Shown here: one piece after another, positions 1 through 13,117 of the stretch
Numbering within the stretch: the first letter of the stretch is position 1
Layout of the letters: every line of letters begins with the position of its first letter
Assembly (NCBI GenBank): GCA_051294375.1
Contig: CM119263.1
Coordinates: 15,602,532-15,666,531, forward strand
Direction of reading: 5' to 3'
Length of the DNA: 64,000 nucleotides
Source of the DNA: Paraspadella gotoi
Taxonomy: Eukaryota; Animalia; Chaetognatha
The notes under the pieces: model-generated
Told to the model about the DNA's origin: nothing
Databases searched by the model: none
Seen by the model: only the letters and a program-made list of their open reading frames with translations
Program-made: the position numbers and the translations under genes

Positions 1-628
1 CTCAACATCGTCGGGCAAAACATGAAGGCGTTGGAATCCTCAGAGACGGAGGCGCTCAAGCGGCACGAGGAGTATGAGGAGAAGATCAGGTGGAATTGGT
101 GGGGAATGGGTGGGAGAGGGGGGGGGAGAGAGAGGTGGAAAAAAGGAGAGGGAAAAAATAATTAGGGGGTGCCAAAGAATGTGAGAGCATAAAACTTAAA
201 AATAACTATAAACAAAAGAATTCACGCTTGTGCTTGGAAGTTAGCGTAGTTCGAAGGAGATTCTAGTTTGGCGCTAACAGCTGGGTTNNNNNNNNNNGAC
301 GATTCGTTCCGTTTTCTTTGTGAATCAGCAGGGCTGGGTTGGGGGGAAATCGTGCTCCCTCCCGCGCCTTAGGAACTGCCGAAAAGTATAGTATTGTATT
401 TATGCATTGTATACTCTCGACTTATTCTCGATCTCCCCTCTTCTCCTCAGAGAACTCTCTCTCCGACTGAAATTCGCAGAGATCCAAGCGGCGGGCCACG
501 AGCGCGAGGCGGCCAAAATGCAGGGCGAGCTCGACGCTCTCCTGTTGGACGTGCTCGACTGGAAGGCCAAGTATCAGGAGATCTGTAACGAGTTGGAACT
601 CACCTTCAATGAAATGTCAGAGTACTGA
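1..628 (+). CDS. Tropomyosin-like protein, last two exons (1-89, 451-628); 5' part outside the window
   Basis: Exon 1-89 reads LNIVGQNMKALESSETEALKRHEEYEEKIR. A GT..AG intron (90-450) joins it in phase to ELSLRLKFAEIQAAGHEREAAKMQGELDALLLDVLDWKAKYQEICNELELTFNEMSEY*. This matches the C-terminal heptad pattern of invertebrate tropomyosins (..KYK.I..ELD.TF.E..GY). Confidence 0.85.
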
Positions 629-644
629 CGAAGATTATTGGGTG

Positions 645-701
<57 letters not shown>

Positions 702-1104
702 CTCTCTCTCTCATTCTCTCTTTCTCTCTCTCTCTAGATGATTGTCTGTAGCTCTACTTATAATACCAAAACAGCATTAATTATTTATTACAGTTGTTCA
801 GCTCTGGAAAGTTTATTAATTTATGATAAACTTTGTAAACGAGGGATCTGTTGTCCTGAATAACAGTTTACTTTGCTTAACTAATATCCCTCTTTAATAT
901 ACCAAATAACCAAACCAAATAACCAAATAAACTTCATCAACAATGTTTACTCTAAAGGTACTCTATCATGGATTAAATATTGAATAAAAATTAACACTAT
1001 TTAATGCCATCTAAAGTTCAGGAAAAGAGATTTGTTTTTTTTCCAGTTCAAAACAGATTGGGCCTTTGATATTGTTTTTAAACAGTATTTAAAAATATTG
1101 ATGA

Positions 1105-3130
1105 TCAAACCGTCTTAAAATTTTGTTCGTTTATATTAATGACCAGACAAGTGAGGTAATCCGCGACAGAGAGAGGCAGCATTTGAACGATGGTGATGAA
1201 AATTTTGGAAATGATATCAGGAACGTAGTCGCACTTGGGATTTTTGCTGAGAAGAGCATCCATCACACAGTCGATCACCTCAGTTATTTCCCTAGATTTT
1301 ATTTAACATTAAACAAAAAAAAGAATCAGGAAAAAAAAAATTAGGATTAATTTTTAAAAGTAACATATTTATATCCTTGAACCTGAAGTATTTCAGTTCT
1401 GAACATTCCTCGCCTCTTCTCTTCAACGATTGAAAAAATGGTTCGCCGTAGTCTTCCTTCGCCGTCGGCGTCGCTTCGTTCCAACTTTTGTCCAGGCATT
1501 TTAAGATGTACTCCATGTTAGTGATGCTCGTCTTGTACGCGCTAAAAGTGTTGTATTCTAAATCAATTATTGCTCGACTTTACTTTCGTACTATTTAACG
1601 TTAATTTAATTTACCGGCGCTGTAATTGACTTAAATGATCCAATTTAATGTACTAGAATTTTCCAGAATCACACTCACAAGGGCGAAATTGACGAAACGT
1701 GAACCCCAAATGATTTCATCTCTCTTCGGAGACCACACGTGTACATGAAGGTGGCAACTTTGGACATGGTGTAGGGAATGACCAGAGGCACGGCCATGTG
1801 CGCCGCCAAACTGCAGATGTTAACGATTCGACCTTTAGAAAAGAAGAGAAATTAAATATTAGATGGATTTATCCAAGTTCAAGGTTTATAATTGCGTAAG
1901 AAAATACAAGCGTCAGTCCCCCACTCTTATCAATATCGCTCACCCTTGGCCCTTCTGATCAAAGGCAAAAATGCTCTAGTAACCCTGACGACTCCGAGAG
2001 TGTTGACGTCCAAAACTTTGAGAACGGATTCCGGCTCCATCCACTCCACGTATCCCACGTTGAGATTGACGCCAGCGTTATTGATGAGTCCGTGGAGCGA
2101 AAGACCCTTTTCTCTCAAGACGGCGTCGACGACTGAGGAAGCATCGTTCACGCTAGACTGCGAAATTTTAAGTAAAATGTTTAATAACAAGGAACGGTTA
2201 ATGCGCCGCATTACTTTCCTTTTCACCTATCATGTCATATATTCCTTATAGTTTATAAGATTTCTTTAAAAACAAAAGGCGGCGCCAGTAGTCGCTTAGA
2301 TTTGATTTTTAACAAATGAGCAACAAACTAGAGGCAAGTTATAAGCGTTTTTAACGTAAGTGGGACAGACCGACGGACAGACATACCGACGGACCGACCG
2401 ACGGACCGACCGACCGAAAAGTGACTTATAGAGTTGCTCCGCGAGTACTCACGGCGCAACTAAAAATGTTTAAAGAAAATTTGGTTGATCGTTTGAACCG
2501 GTCGGAGGGAACGTCAAAATTGCAAATATCCGATTTCAATCACCCAAACTATTTGGCCGGGAATGCATCTTATAGTTATACAGAATCTCTCTTTAATTAC
2601 GTCACTTGAAAAATGGCAACGTTTAAGTTCTAAAAGACTGTCAAGAACTGTACGTGCAGCACCAAAGACAAAATGTCATTCTGTCGGCCCCAACTCTCTT
2701 TGTTTGAACTGGTGTATATATACTAATATATTCATAATGTGGTATTCCTTGTCTGTTTATATTAAATAAAAAATCGTTGTAGTACAAACTCTAAACTTTG
2801 TTTTCGCTAAAACTAATATATTCAAACATTAGTAGCACGAGTATAAAAATCCATTTCCTGACTCGCCTGGCACGTGACGTCCAATGGAATCACCGTGCAG
2901 CCTTTGGCGCGCAGATTGACGGCGCCCTCGGAGTCGGCGTGGAGGCAGCAGGCGAAGACGTGGAATCCCTCGTCGAGGGCGCGAAGGGAAATTTGGAGGC
3001 CGAAGCCGGAATCGCAACCGGTGACGAGAATGGCGAGATGATCAGTGGGGAGAAAGGAGGAAGAGGAGAAGAAGAGTTTGTAGGCGAAGAAAGAGACGAG
3101 GAGGATCGAGACGAGTAGGAGGAGATCCAT
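1105..3130 (-). CDS. Short-chain dehydrogenase/reductase, SDR9C-type (RDH16/HSD17B6/BDH1-like), 5 exons (approx. 3130-2867, 2158-1944, 1833-1679, 1542-1383, 1291-1105)
   Basis: It has an N-terminal hydrophobic anchor MDLLLLVSILLVSFFAYKLFF, the Rossmann motif [50 protein letters not shown], catalytic YTMSK, LRREMKSFGVHV, and a C-terminal VIDCVMDALLSKNP..Y. Intron 1 needs a GC donor. Confidence 0.92.
2366..2466 (+). mobile_element. Non-autonomous repeat (Helentron/DINE-like) with a GACC/GACG microsatellite and 3' hairpin, copy 1
   Basis: A (GACC/GACG)n tract is followed by TATAGAGTTGCTCCGCGAGTACTCACGGCGCAACTAAAAA (GTTGC..GCAAC stem). A related copy lies at 7947-8041. Confidence 0.5.
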
Positions 3131-3764
3131 GAGTCTTCGATGGACGCGGATCGACGAGCAAAGTCCAAAGTCTAGGGATTCTAAAATCAAATTAACTAGA
3201 TTATCTCGATCCTGATTATCAATAAGATTGTTTTTTTTTTTGGTTTTTTTTTTGTTTTTTTTTCATTTCATTCACATCGCTCTCAATTTTATACGTCAGC
3301 CAAGAGCCAATCACACTCTATTTTAGCTCATTTTATCTCGAGGACATTGTCCTCTCAATCATTTTATTTATTCATTCATTCACTTCTTCCTTCCCTCATT
3401 CATTTATTTCAATTAATTTTCACTTTTTTCGGATGATAAGTAGAAATTTCTAGCAAGACAAACTTACGTTTACTTACTTACTTTGTTTCAATTTTTTTTA
3501 AATTCCTGTAAAATCTGTGTAGATTGGTACTGAGTGAACTTTAAAAAAATTAGAGAAATGAACAACGTTTACTGTTGGAATAAAATCGAGATTTTAGAAT
3601 CGTTTAGAAAAAGAAAAAAGTAAAAAATATTAGTTGTGAGATTTTGAGTCCAATTGAGCTGGAAAACTATACAATCGGTTTTGACCGTTAAAACGTTATT
3701 AGTGCCCGCATCGTCTTAAAGAATCCGCGTACTTAGTGGATAATAGGTGTTAACTAGTTTTTTT

Positions 3765-3833
<69 letters not shown>

Positions 3834-4539
3834 ATTTTTTCCCCTTTTTACTGTGTCTTTTCTTTCGAAAAGAATATGAAGAAAGACTTAAAAAAATAAA
3901 GTAGATTTATTGTTATAGAGCTTAAAATTCAAGAGCTTATTGTATAAGAGGCAAAACTAGTGATAATAATATTATCTATATGAGTTATACGTGAAAACGT
4001 TAATGCTGTATTTAAAAGTTTTAAAAATAGTTTGAACTTTCAGATAGATTGTTTTTTATAAGGCGTTCATCTTATTTCAATCACAATTAAGCAAAACTAA
4101 TGTATAAATAAAAGCGAATCTCGATTTCGAATTTTGACCCATTCTTAGATGTCTTTTTCAAAATGTAATATAAATTTGAAGAACTCCGTGACGCCATTCC
4201 TCTTGATTGATTCGCCGTCAGGTCCTTCTTCGCAACTAAAAATTTCGATTAATCATTAAATTTTAACGAAACCAAGATGAATCAAACGACCACGTGCATG
4301 ATGCCGTCGTTAGTGCAGCGCCGGAAATTCATTTTCAATTGTTGTCCCCTTAGACCCCAATTTCTCGCATTTTAGTTTCAAAATTTGCTCATTGGTTCTG
4401 GTTTTATGGCTGGCGTCGGTAAAGGGCGAAGTTGGTGCGGGGCGGCCAACGTTGCTGCCGCAGGCGGGGTAGCCGCGGGTGGAGTCGGCGCAGCAGGCGC
4501 AGCACCAGCGGACGGTGGACTCATGCAAATGTTGTGCGA

Positions 4540-4639
4540 TCAAAGGGCGGAGCACGGGACAAGATGACGGCGCGATCTGAGAAATGATGGCCGGGAGGTC
4601 TGGGAGCGGGAATCGAGAATTTTAAAGATAACTATAACA

Positions 4640-4735
<96 letters not shown>

Positions 4736-7700
4736 GTTTGTCGGTATCACTAACCGGCGACTTTCTCTCCTCCCCTCTCTCCCCTTACTTGCTCCGTGCC
4801 CTCCTCGCTTTGGAGATGCTCTCCTTCAGTTCTTGACAGGTGGCGCTGATGGTTTCGATTGCGCATCTAGGGATTCGCGTTAGACGACGCGGGGGCGCGG
4901 TCGTCGCCCGGGAACGCGTTTCCACCGGAAGTGGGCGTGGCACCCGAGTTTCGTGGCAGTCGGTGGACTCGTAACCTGGAGTCAGGTCAGGATATCATGT
5001 TTACAAAAAAACAAGCAAGATAAAGGAAAAAAAATAATAATAAAAAAAAGAAGAAGTAACATATTAACTGATTACGACGAGATTTTCCGGGCAAAGAAAC
5101 TATAATTTATTGAGATTATACGTAAATATAATTAAATATTAGGAGATGATTTATTGATGATGATGCGAGCAAAGAATATTTTATTGCCAGGATTTGAAAC
5201 GATTTAAATATAATAACCAAGAATCTGGCGTTTCCTCCGATGATTCCAGATGACCGCGGCTCCGATTCCCAACGTTACGAAACAGATGACGGTGGCCGTG
5301 GCAAAGACGGAACCAAGGGAGGACGACGTCACCGAAGCTGTAATGAGTCGAGGGTATCCGTATGGCTCAGAAAAATTAAAGAAATAAACTGGGGGCAGTT
5401 CAAATCAGCAACAAGCAAACGATATCCCCCCCCAAAAAAATAACTAGACTCGAAACGTTTTTGTGACCTTTTTGCGAGTCTCGATTCCAAAAAAATTAAA
5501 AACAACATAACACCGCTTTTATTGCTCCCTGTCCATAAAAGACAAACGAAAAAAAAAGTGCAACCATTCGATACTGAAAGGGCATTTCTCCACCAACCAG
5601 TTCATTGTTTGGACGAAAGCCAGCGGAAGCTATAACAATGTGGTTCTATCGGGAAGACTGAGAATAGCGCTCAATCGCCGCCTTCATTTTTCCGAGTTTC
5701 TCTGGCTTCTCTTCTTTTCTCTTTAAGTTACTTATCTTCGCCTCACTTACCTTTGAGTTCTCTATTTTATCCCATCTATTATGCTTAATGAATCTTTCCC
5801 CTCTTAGTATTTCCATCTTATCTTTCGTTCTCCAATCTACCCCCTTTTTTTTCCATCGTGACTCCTCATCTCTATATATTCTTTCACCTATCTCAATTTC
5901 TTCCTCGTCGTAATAGGTAGACGGTCCGTCGTAAGTGCGCCACGTCGGTTCCGCGTTGGCGTTGGCGTGCTCGGCGTTGGCGCGCGCCAAGGTCCTGTTG
6001 ATGGCGCCGATAAGCGGGTAAGGGCCGGCGCCGCATAAATCGCGAAAGTCGTCGAGATCGATGGCCCAGACCATGGCGCCGCCCAGGCCGAGGCGAATCG
6101 CGTATTCGGTCTTGACGTAGTGGGATGGGAAGTTGATAAAAAGGAAAGCGAGGTTGTGGACAGGTAGGTGAGGCAGAGGAAGGTAAGGTTGTGGGGAACC
6201 GAGGCGATGGAGGGAAACCGGAAGAATTGAGAAGAGGGTGAAACGAAAAGAGGGGAAAACGAAAAGCGCGGTGAAAAAATAAATTAAAAAAAATATCGAA
6301 AAACAAAATAATTACAAACGGAAATGAAAAAAGAAATAACTAAATATAACTTATAAGAGACAAACAATTTTTTTTATCATTATCCACAGCGGAAATCTGA
6401 CAGAGAATAAGGGGAAAAAAATATTACTGATGCGCTGGAGCGAAAAAAAATAGATGAGTCGATTAACTTTTTTTCCTTTTTACTTTTTATACAAGTCTTC
6501 CCGTTTTTCTTTCGACATTCAAGTCCTCACTATTAGTCTATACCTTTTCCACAATGGCGGCTTCATCGTCGAAACCCACCCATTCTGATTCCCCGTAAGC
6601 GAAGCAAGAATGGTGAACGGGGTGATACTTTTTCACCCAATCCTTATCCTTTATGTTCAGACAAATCTAAAGTGGGAAGAACGATAGGTTAATAAAAGTT
6701 CGTAGAGTTTGCGTAATTTCAAAAGGACCACAACAACAAGAACGATGTAAAAGTTAAATGGAGACAGGTCCGCCTTCTAAGTGGCTCGTCCACTTTCGTC
6801 TCGCCTCGCTCGAGCGAAAGACACCATCCACGTTTTTCCATTTATTTTTTTTTTCGATTAATTTCATTTTCTCAGTCGGACGTGAAGACGTCGCGAGGAA
6901 TTTCCGCCCACCGATCATCTTCTCTTTTTATTCTCTTCTATTCTCGCGCGAATAATATGGAAACGCTTTCGCCTCGTCAAAAAACCGTCATCCTGTCATA
7001 CTCTGTCTTTTTCACTGTCAATTTCACTTATATATCGCGCGTCTTCTGCCTGTATCTTTTTTTTCCTTCGCTGCGTTTTTCTCGCAGTTGTAACCTCACG
7101 CGATGGAACTCCGTCTTCGACATCTTGTAAAGTCATTGCAATGGCCACTATATTAAACACCGTCACGTTTGTTCTTATATTTTTTTTTTTCTCGAAGCCA
7201 CATGAATATTTTAAACTCCTTCACTCAGTCATCACCTTGTTTTATTTACCATCGTACCAGTGGGATAGAACCATCGATTTAGCTTCCTGAGACAAGTGAC
7301 AGCGCGTTATTCGTTCTGTCGCTCCGAGAAAGCTGAGCAAGCACGATTGACGTCATCACTATTTTTTTTTTCTTTTTTTGAAAAAGAAAACTTGAACGAA
7401 AGAATAATTCACATGGGAAAACTGAAATGGAAAGAAAACCAGTGGTCGTGCTTACTCAAGAAAATTGATTTGAATTTTTTTAAACTAATATTTATTTGAA
7501 TATTTGTTCCTCAATTTGTAACCTTTTTTTCAATCAAGTGATATTAAAAAAGGAATAAATCCAAATATTTTTGCTGACGTCTTACATGAAACGTTATACG
7601 CATTCTCATTTTGAGATTTAAATATTATTTAATCGAATTCGAACAAGAACCGAAACATGTCCGTTACAAATTAAATCGTTGTTTAATTAAAATAAAAACT

Positions 7701-8654
7701 CTTTGTAAACGAAATTTAAATAAAAATATCTTTAAAAAAGTATATTTTCATATAATTTTTTTCTCGAACTTCATCGGCTGGAATAAAAGAGAAAAAATGG
7801 AAAGAGCAAGAACACGTAATCTACACAAATATGGAACATCTGCAAACCAGGCCTCTTATGAATTTATCTTAAAGGATTTAATAAAAGTAAAAAAGCCGTG
7901 TTGAGTCTGCAGTCTTACCTGAGTGACGACGGATTAGCATTTAAGTCGGACAGACAGACAGAAAGACAACCATACCGATCGACCGACCAACAATGTTATT
8001 TATAGAGATGGTCCGCGAGTAATCTCGGCGCAACTGAAAAATAGAAAAAGAGGCGACGCCCACAATTTCTTGTGAAAAAAACTCGACACTTGGAATGACA
8101 GCCTTTTGTTTTTCTTCCTCTCGCAGAGCGCCGCTCACCCGCTCAAAATTCTTCGTCTAATGCATAAGATTTGACACGAAGGGGGAACTCAATATTTTTT
8201 TCTCCTCGGCGAAGATTTTCTATCCAAATTTTGATTTCACTAGCTCTTCTGTTCAATCCAATTCAATCATATGCCATTGCTTAAATCGTATTCTAATCTA
8301 TTCTCTTGCCTTTCTTTTCCTCCCACATCTGGCAAAGCCACTTGCCTCGTAATACGATAGAAAACCTCCTTCTCTCGTGTACTTTCCGCTCGTTCCGGAA
8401 CCGGAAGCGGGCTCGCCCACTCCCTTTCCCGAGGCGTCGTCGCCGATTTTGAACGTCTTCCCGTAGGTACCCATTCCGAGGATGAACTTTTCAGCANNNN
8501 NNNNNNAAGTACCCATTCCGAGGATGAACTTTTCAGCGATGGCTCCTTTCGACAGCCAATATTTCACCGCATAATCCTGATATGTAAAAAAAAAAAATTA
8601 TTCAAAGGAGGAAACACAATTTTTATCCCTCTCGAATTTTTTTTTTCTTCAATA

Positions 8655-8732
<78 letters not shown>

Positions 8733-10459
8733 GACTTTTCTCAGTTTCTCTCTCTAGTTTTCCCTCTCACTTAACTGAAAACGTGAGACTGTATTCTAAG
8801 TAATAGTCACTATAAGCAAAAGTAATATTTGTTACTATTGTTACGGAAAATCTTTTCTCATCATATTTTTATATAAGAGGTTTCCAACTCTTTTTCTTCT
8901 CACCACATTGAGAGTCTTTTGTTCGTCATCATCTTGTTCTTCAGGACGCCCATAGAGGGCCACGTGAATCCGGTTGCGGCTCCCAGCTTCCGTGAAGGTC
9001 GTAAGCCATCAGGTCGATCCAGTCCAATAAAGCGTCAACTGTGGAACGTCGTATCTGAATTTTAAAATATCACAATTCAAAAAGTTAAAAAAATAAGTAG
9101 TTTCATTTTTTAACAATTTTTGACATGGTTTTTTATCCAATTTTACACCATTAAACATTTTGTCATATCTATATTTTTCGACATTTATCCTTTCATACTA
9201 TTATCTTTCATTGCCAAATCTGACCCAATCATGAACAGAACTATGAGCAACTATTATATCTTGTATTATAAATTTATTGCCCCCTTTCGGCCACTAACCC
9301 ATATCGATAGTGTTCTTTCCGGCGCCAACGGCCGCCGTCAACAAAGAGCCTTTCCTTTCCCTCGGGGATTTTTCTCGAATCGAAAGCCTCGCGAAGTGAA
9401 CGAACCCAAGCCGTGAATTTGGGCTTATCCTATGGAAAAAAGATATTGTGAAAGGTTTTAGTGATTAACTTTAAGTGAATTGGGTAAATTTATACTTTAT
9501 ATTAAGAAAGCAAAGTATTTTGAAAATATTACAACGATTTTTATTAAAGACGGACATGTTTCGGCTTGTTGGCTTCAAGCCTTCATCAGCATTTATATTT
9601 TAAAAAACCGTGTTTTTATTTAATAACGAATGAAAGACTGAAGATATGAGATTTTAAATAGACTTTCAAACTTTTCTTTTTTTTTCCCATGATTTTCCTA
9701 ATTACTCACCTCAGGGCCGCTCCCTCTATGGGAACTCCCGGATATTCCCAATCCAAATCGAGGCCGTCGAACCCGTGCTTCCTCAAAAATTTGATGGCGT
9801 GAGTTTCGAAAGTCTTCATCGTGCTTTGCTCTTCACCACCGTCTGATTCAAGGGGATGGGTGGGTTTTGTGGTCGGTGAATAAACGTTAAAGTAAAATCA
9901 AGTTTTGTTAAGATAAAGGGCGAGAGTACCAGGGACTGTGCTATACATAGATTTCATTTTCAAACACCTGAAATGGTTTTGGAACCATGTTCCACCCGCC
10001 GACGGCCAGTAAGAATTTGAGGCAAGGGTTTTTTCTTTCAAATCGATCGCCCGTTGTACATTCTGCGAAAGAGAAGAATTATATCGAATAGCTTTTACTC
10101 CAGTTTATTTTATTTTATTTTACGAAATTTATTTTAGAATTAAATACTACGTAATCTCAACAGGGGCTTGAAAATTATTTTCCTTTCTTATGAAGCGTTC
10201 GTTCACCTCAAAAAGAAACTTGATTATATCCATTTTCATATCTCGGCTCAAATCAAAATCTCAGGCGCCATGCCACTTTCCCTGACCTTTGCTCCACTCC
10301 GAGATGTCGTTCCACTCGAAAGGAACCAAGACGCCATCTTTGATGTTGGCGAAAGAGTATATGATGTGAGTGCAAAGGAAAGGGTCGATGTCTTCCGGAT
10401 AAAACTTGGCTTCTTTCGGTCGATACTGAGACCTGGAAAGAATCAGACGTAATTGTATT

Positions 10460-10494
<35 letters not shown>

Positions 10495-10518
10495 CTCTCT
10501 CTCTTCTCCCTCTTCTCT

Positions 10519-10615
<97 letters not shown>

Positions 10616-10803
10616 AACCATTCTTCTTTTTAACTTTTTAATTTTTTTGATCTATTACCAACTTTATCGTTTTTGTTTTGAAAAGTTATTTTCAAGATCT
10701 TGAATTGTATTTTGAACATCGTAATTTACTGTACTTAAAAAGGCTGTATAGGCCGCATTAGGCGTGCCAAGGCCGTATCTGTTTATACATTCAATACATT
10801 CCA

Positions 10804-10892
<89 letters not shown>

Positions 10893-12538
10893 CTTCTCTC
10901 TCTCTCCTCAAACGAGACAGAAACGTATCACGCCTGAAATGGATTCCGCCACGGCGCCAAGAGAGATAACGACTTCATCAAACTTGCTAACGATTTTCGC
11001 GCCGAATCAAGCGTAAATTAAGTATCAGTTGAAAAGTTAAGAACGAAATGCAGTAACGTGAAAACGTGTCCAGTGTCCACGCTGTTACAAGTTATACGCG
11101 TTCTTTTGTTCGTATGTTTGTACTTACCAGTTGGTATGGTAGCAAACGAGTTTGAACCTTGGCTCGACCTTCCGTGTGCATCGGGGCTCTCCGTTTCCAG
11201 CGCGGTCTGGGAGAAAAAATTATATTTGAAAAATGGCTAAAAATCAATAAAACGGTTGAGACAATATTCTTGACAACAATGCCAACTAATTTTGATGGCG
11301 TGAACAAAAAGAGTAAAGTAAAACTCTAACTTTGATCTTTTAATTCGCTCGGCCGACTTTCTTCCCCACAGACGCTACCTTCGTCCTCCAGCCTCACGCT
11401 GACGGCGTGAAACTTCTCCGCCTTCCCGTTCCCCGCAATCCTGTGAATTTCACAGACGAAATTCCCAAAGTCTTCCGGTTGAACCGTGAAGGCGAGTTGA
11501 CCCGTCTCCCCGATAGTCGCCAAATGAGCGTCCGTCTCCCAAGGAGAGTAAAAGAACTTCCGGTCCCGCTCTCTCGCCGCTAACGCCGACATATCGGCGT
11601 CATCCGCCGACGTCGACGCCTCCTCCTCCGCGGACGGCGCCGTCGAGTACCACACGAACCTCAGCGTCTGACCACGGTGCCGGATTTCCGGCATCAAGTC
11701 GCGCAAGTAATCGTCGCTGCAATTGAGGGCAACGATGTCGTTGATTCGCGTCGTGACGTTGATGGCATCGACTTCCGGCGGAGATTGGGTGGAGGATGGG
11801 TTCAGTTGGTGGAAGTGTCAATGATGAGGGGTTGGAATGGTTAATGGTCCGCGGGATGGGATTGACGATAGTTTCGAGAAGCAAAAAGAGAATTTAAAAC
11901 GTCTGCGGTCGGCGAGGAAGTTGCATGCGTGATCGGCGGGTCACTTTGGGGTTAATGCTTCATCTAAGACTATATTTCCTCAATCTACCGAAAGGAAGAT
12001 GCGTTTTCCGACTTTTAGGTAACAATTCATCGTGATTATTGTGTCAAGATTTGCAAAGCCATTCGGGAATGTTTATATATGATTATGTATATGCTAATAT
12101 GACGTTTTTTCATTTATTGCGATCCGTTTCTAATCGGATTTGTGATTCTCGGGTAGAAATGACTTTTTTTACTAGTCTACAGGATTCTCTAGAATCGTAC
12201 ACTGTTTTATGAAAGCTTCTGTTGGGCTGACACCGCCAACTACGTTAGCAATGTTTATGGATTTTAAGCCAAACCGGAATATTTATTATTAATTCGATTT
12301 TGTTAGCGGGGAAGCAGAAAAACATGCGGGTGTGAGTTTTTTTTCAAGCGTAATTGATTTGAAAATAATTAATTACTTCTTTGCTTGTGAATCAGTTTCG
12401 GTCGACTAGCTTTTCAATCTACACACTTGAGCGCCTTTTCTTTTCTTAATCTTATCACGTTTCAATCTTTATCTTCTTTAAAAAAAACTTTTTACGTAAA
12501 TTTTCTACACCCGCCATCTTTTAATAAACAATCTCTCT

Positions 12539-12593
<55 letters not shown>

Positions 12594-13007
12594 CCCATTT
12601 CTTTCGACTCACTCTGGGGTTTCGCGATGTTTTTCGCGTCTCGTGGCGCCAATCCCTTCCGGCGTCGTCGTCGACGGCGGCGTCGGCGTCGGCGCGACTC
12701 CAGAGCCCGAAAAGAGCGACGCTGAGACCAACGATGGTGACGGCGATGACGATGCAGACGATGAGCGCCAATCGGGAACCGAGCGAGATGATGTCGCCGC
12801 TGTCTGGAGAGTGAGAAGGAAAAAGAAGCATTTCTCAGAAATAGGAAAAAGCGACGAAGAGGGAAGCAGAGAAAGCTGGAATTAGGAAACTTCGTTAAAG
12901 ATATATAAGCTAATAGAAAAAAGAAGAGAAAGTCATCATAAAATACAAGGAGATCCATTGGAAGCGACCTCAAAAAAATGGCTACCGCACCCATACGATC
13001 TATCCAT
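4540..13007 (-). CDS. GH18 chitinase with an upstream Ig-like domain exon and a downstream transmembrane exon (GH18 core exons 11206-5888; outer limits tentative)
   Basis: Exons read KLVCYHTNW / [28 protein letters not shown] / LLAVGGWN / [14 protein letters not shown] (intact DxDxE, ~9740-9778) / LTAAVGAGK / [20 protein letters not shown] / [25 protein letters not shown] / [21 protein letters not shown] / [27 protein letters not shown]. Several single-base indels are present, probably assembly errors. The GH18 call is secure; the Ig and TM extensions are less so. Confidence 0.9.
7947..8041 (+). mobile_element. Non-autonomous repeat (Helentron/DINE-like), copy 2
   Basis: A GACA/GACC tract is followed by TATAGAGATGGTCCGCGAGTAATCTCGGCGCAACTGAAAA, homologous to 2366-2466. 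Confidence 0.5.
9546..9596 (-). ncRNA. Minimal type-I hammerhead ribozyme motif (Penelope-like element derived), in a chitinase intron
   Basis: The minus strand reads CTGATGA-A-GGCTTG-aagccaa-CAAGCC-GAAA-CAT-GTC. This gives the conserved CUGAUGA and GAAA cores, a 6-bp stem II, a palindromic ACAUGU stem III and a GUC cleavage triplet. Confidence 0.7.
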
Positions 13008-13117
13008 TGGTCATCATCTAGATTTTATTAGTTACAAAAGTCCTGAAAAGTTTTTTCTGTGCTAATCCTATAAAACATTCGACGACATGGTCACTTCATC
13101 TATTACAGTATAAAAAC

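Noticed and set aside
4270-4560. Possible CBM14 chitin-binding domain at the chitinase C-terminus
   Set aside because: Cysteines are present, but no frame gives the six-Cys peritrophin spacing, and an in-phase stop occurs at 4540-4542.
8467-8537. Duplicated [10 protein letters not shown] coding segment in the chitinase
   Set aside because: The two copies flank a 10-N gap, so this is an unmerged contig overlap and not a real internal repeat.
9000-10063. Frameshifts in chitinase exons suggesting a pseudogene
   Set aside because: The catalytic motif and splice sites are intact, and similar 1-nt indels occur in myosin VI and between the duplicated arms. They are best explained as consensus errors.
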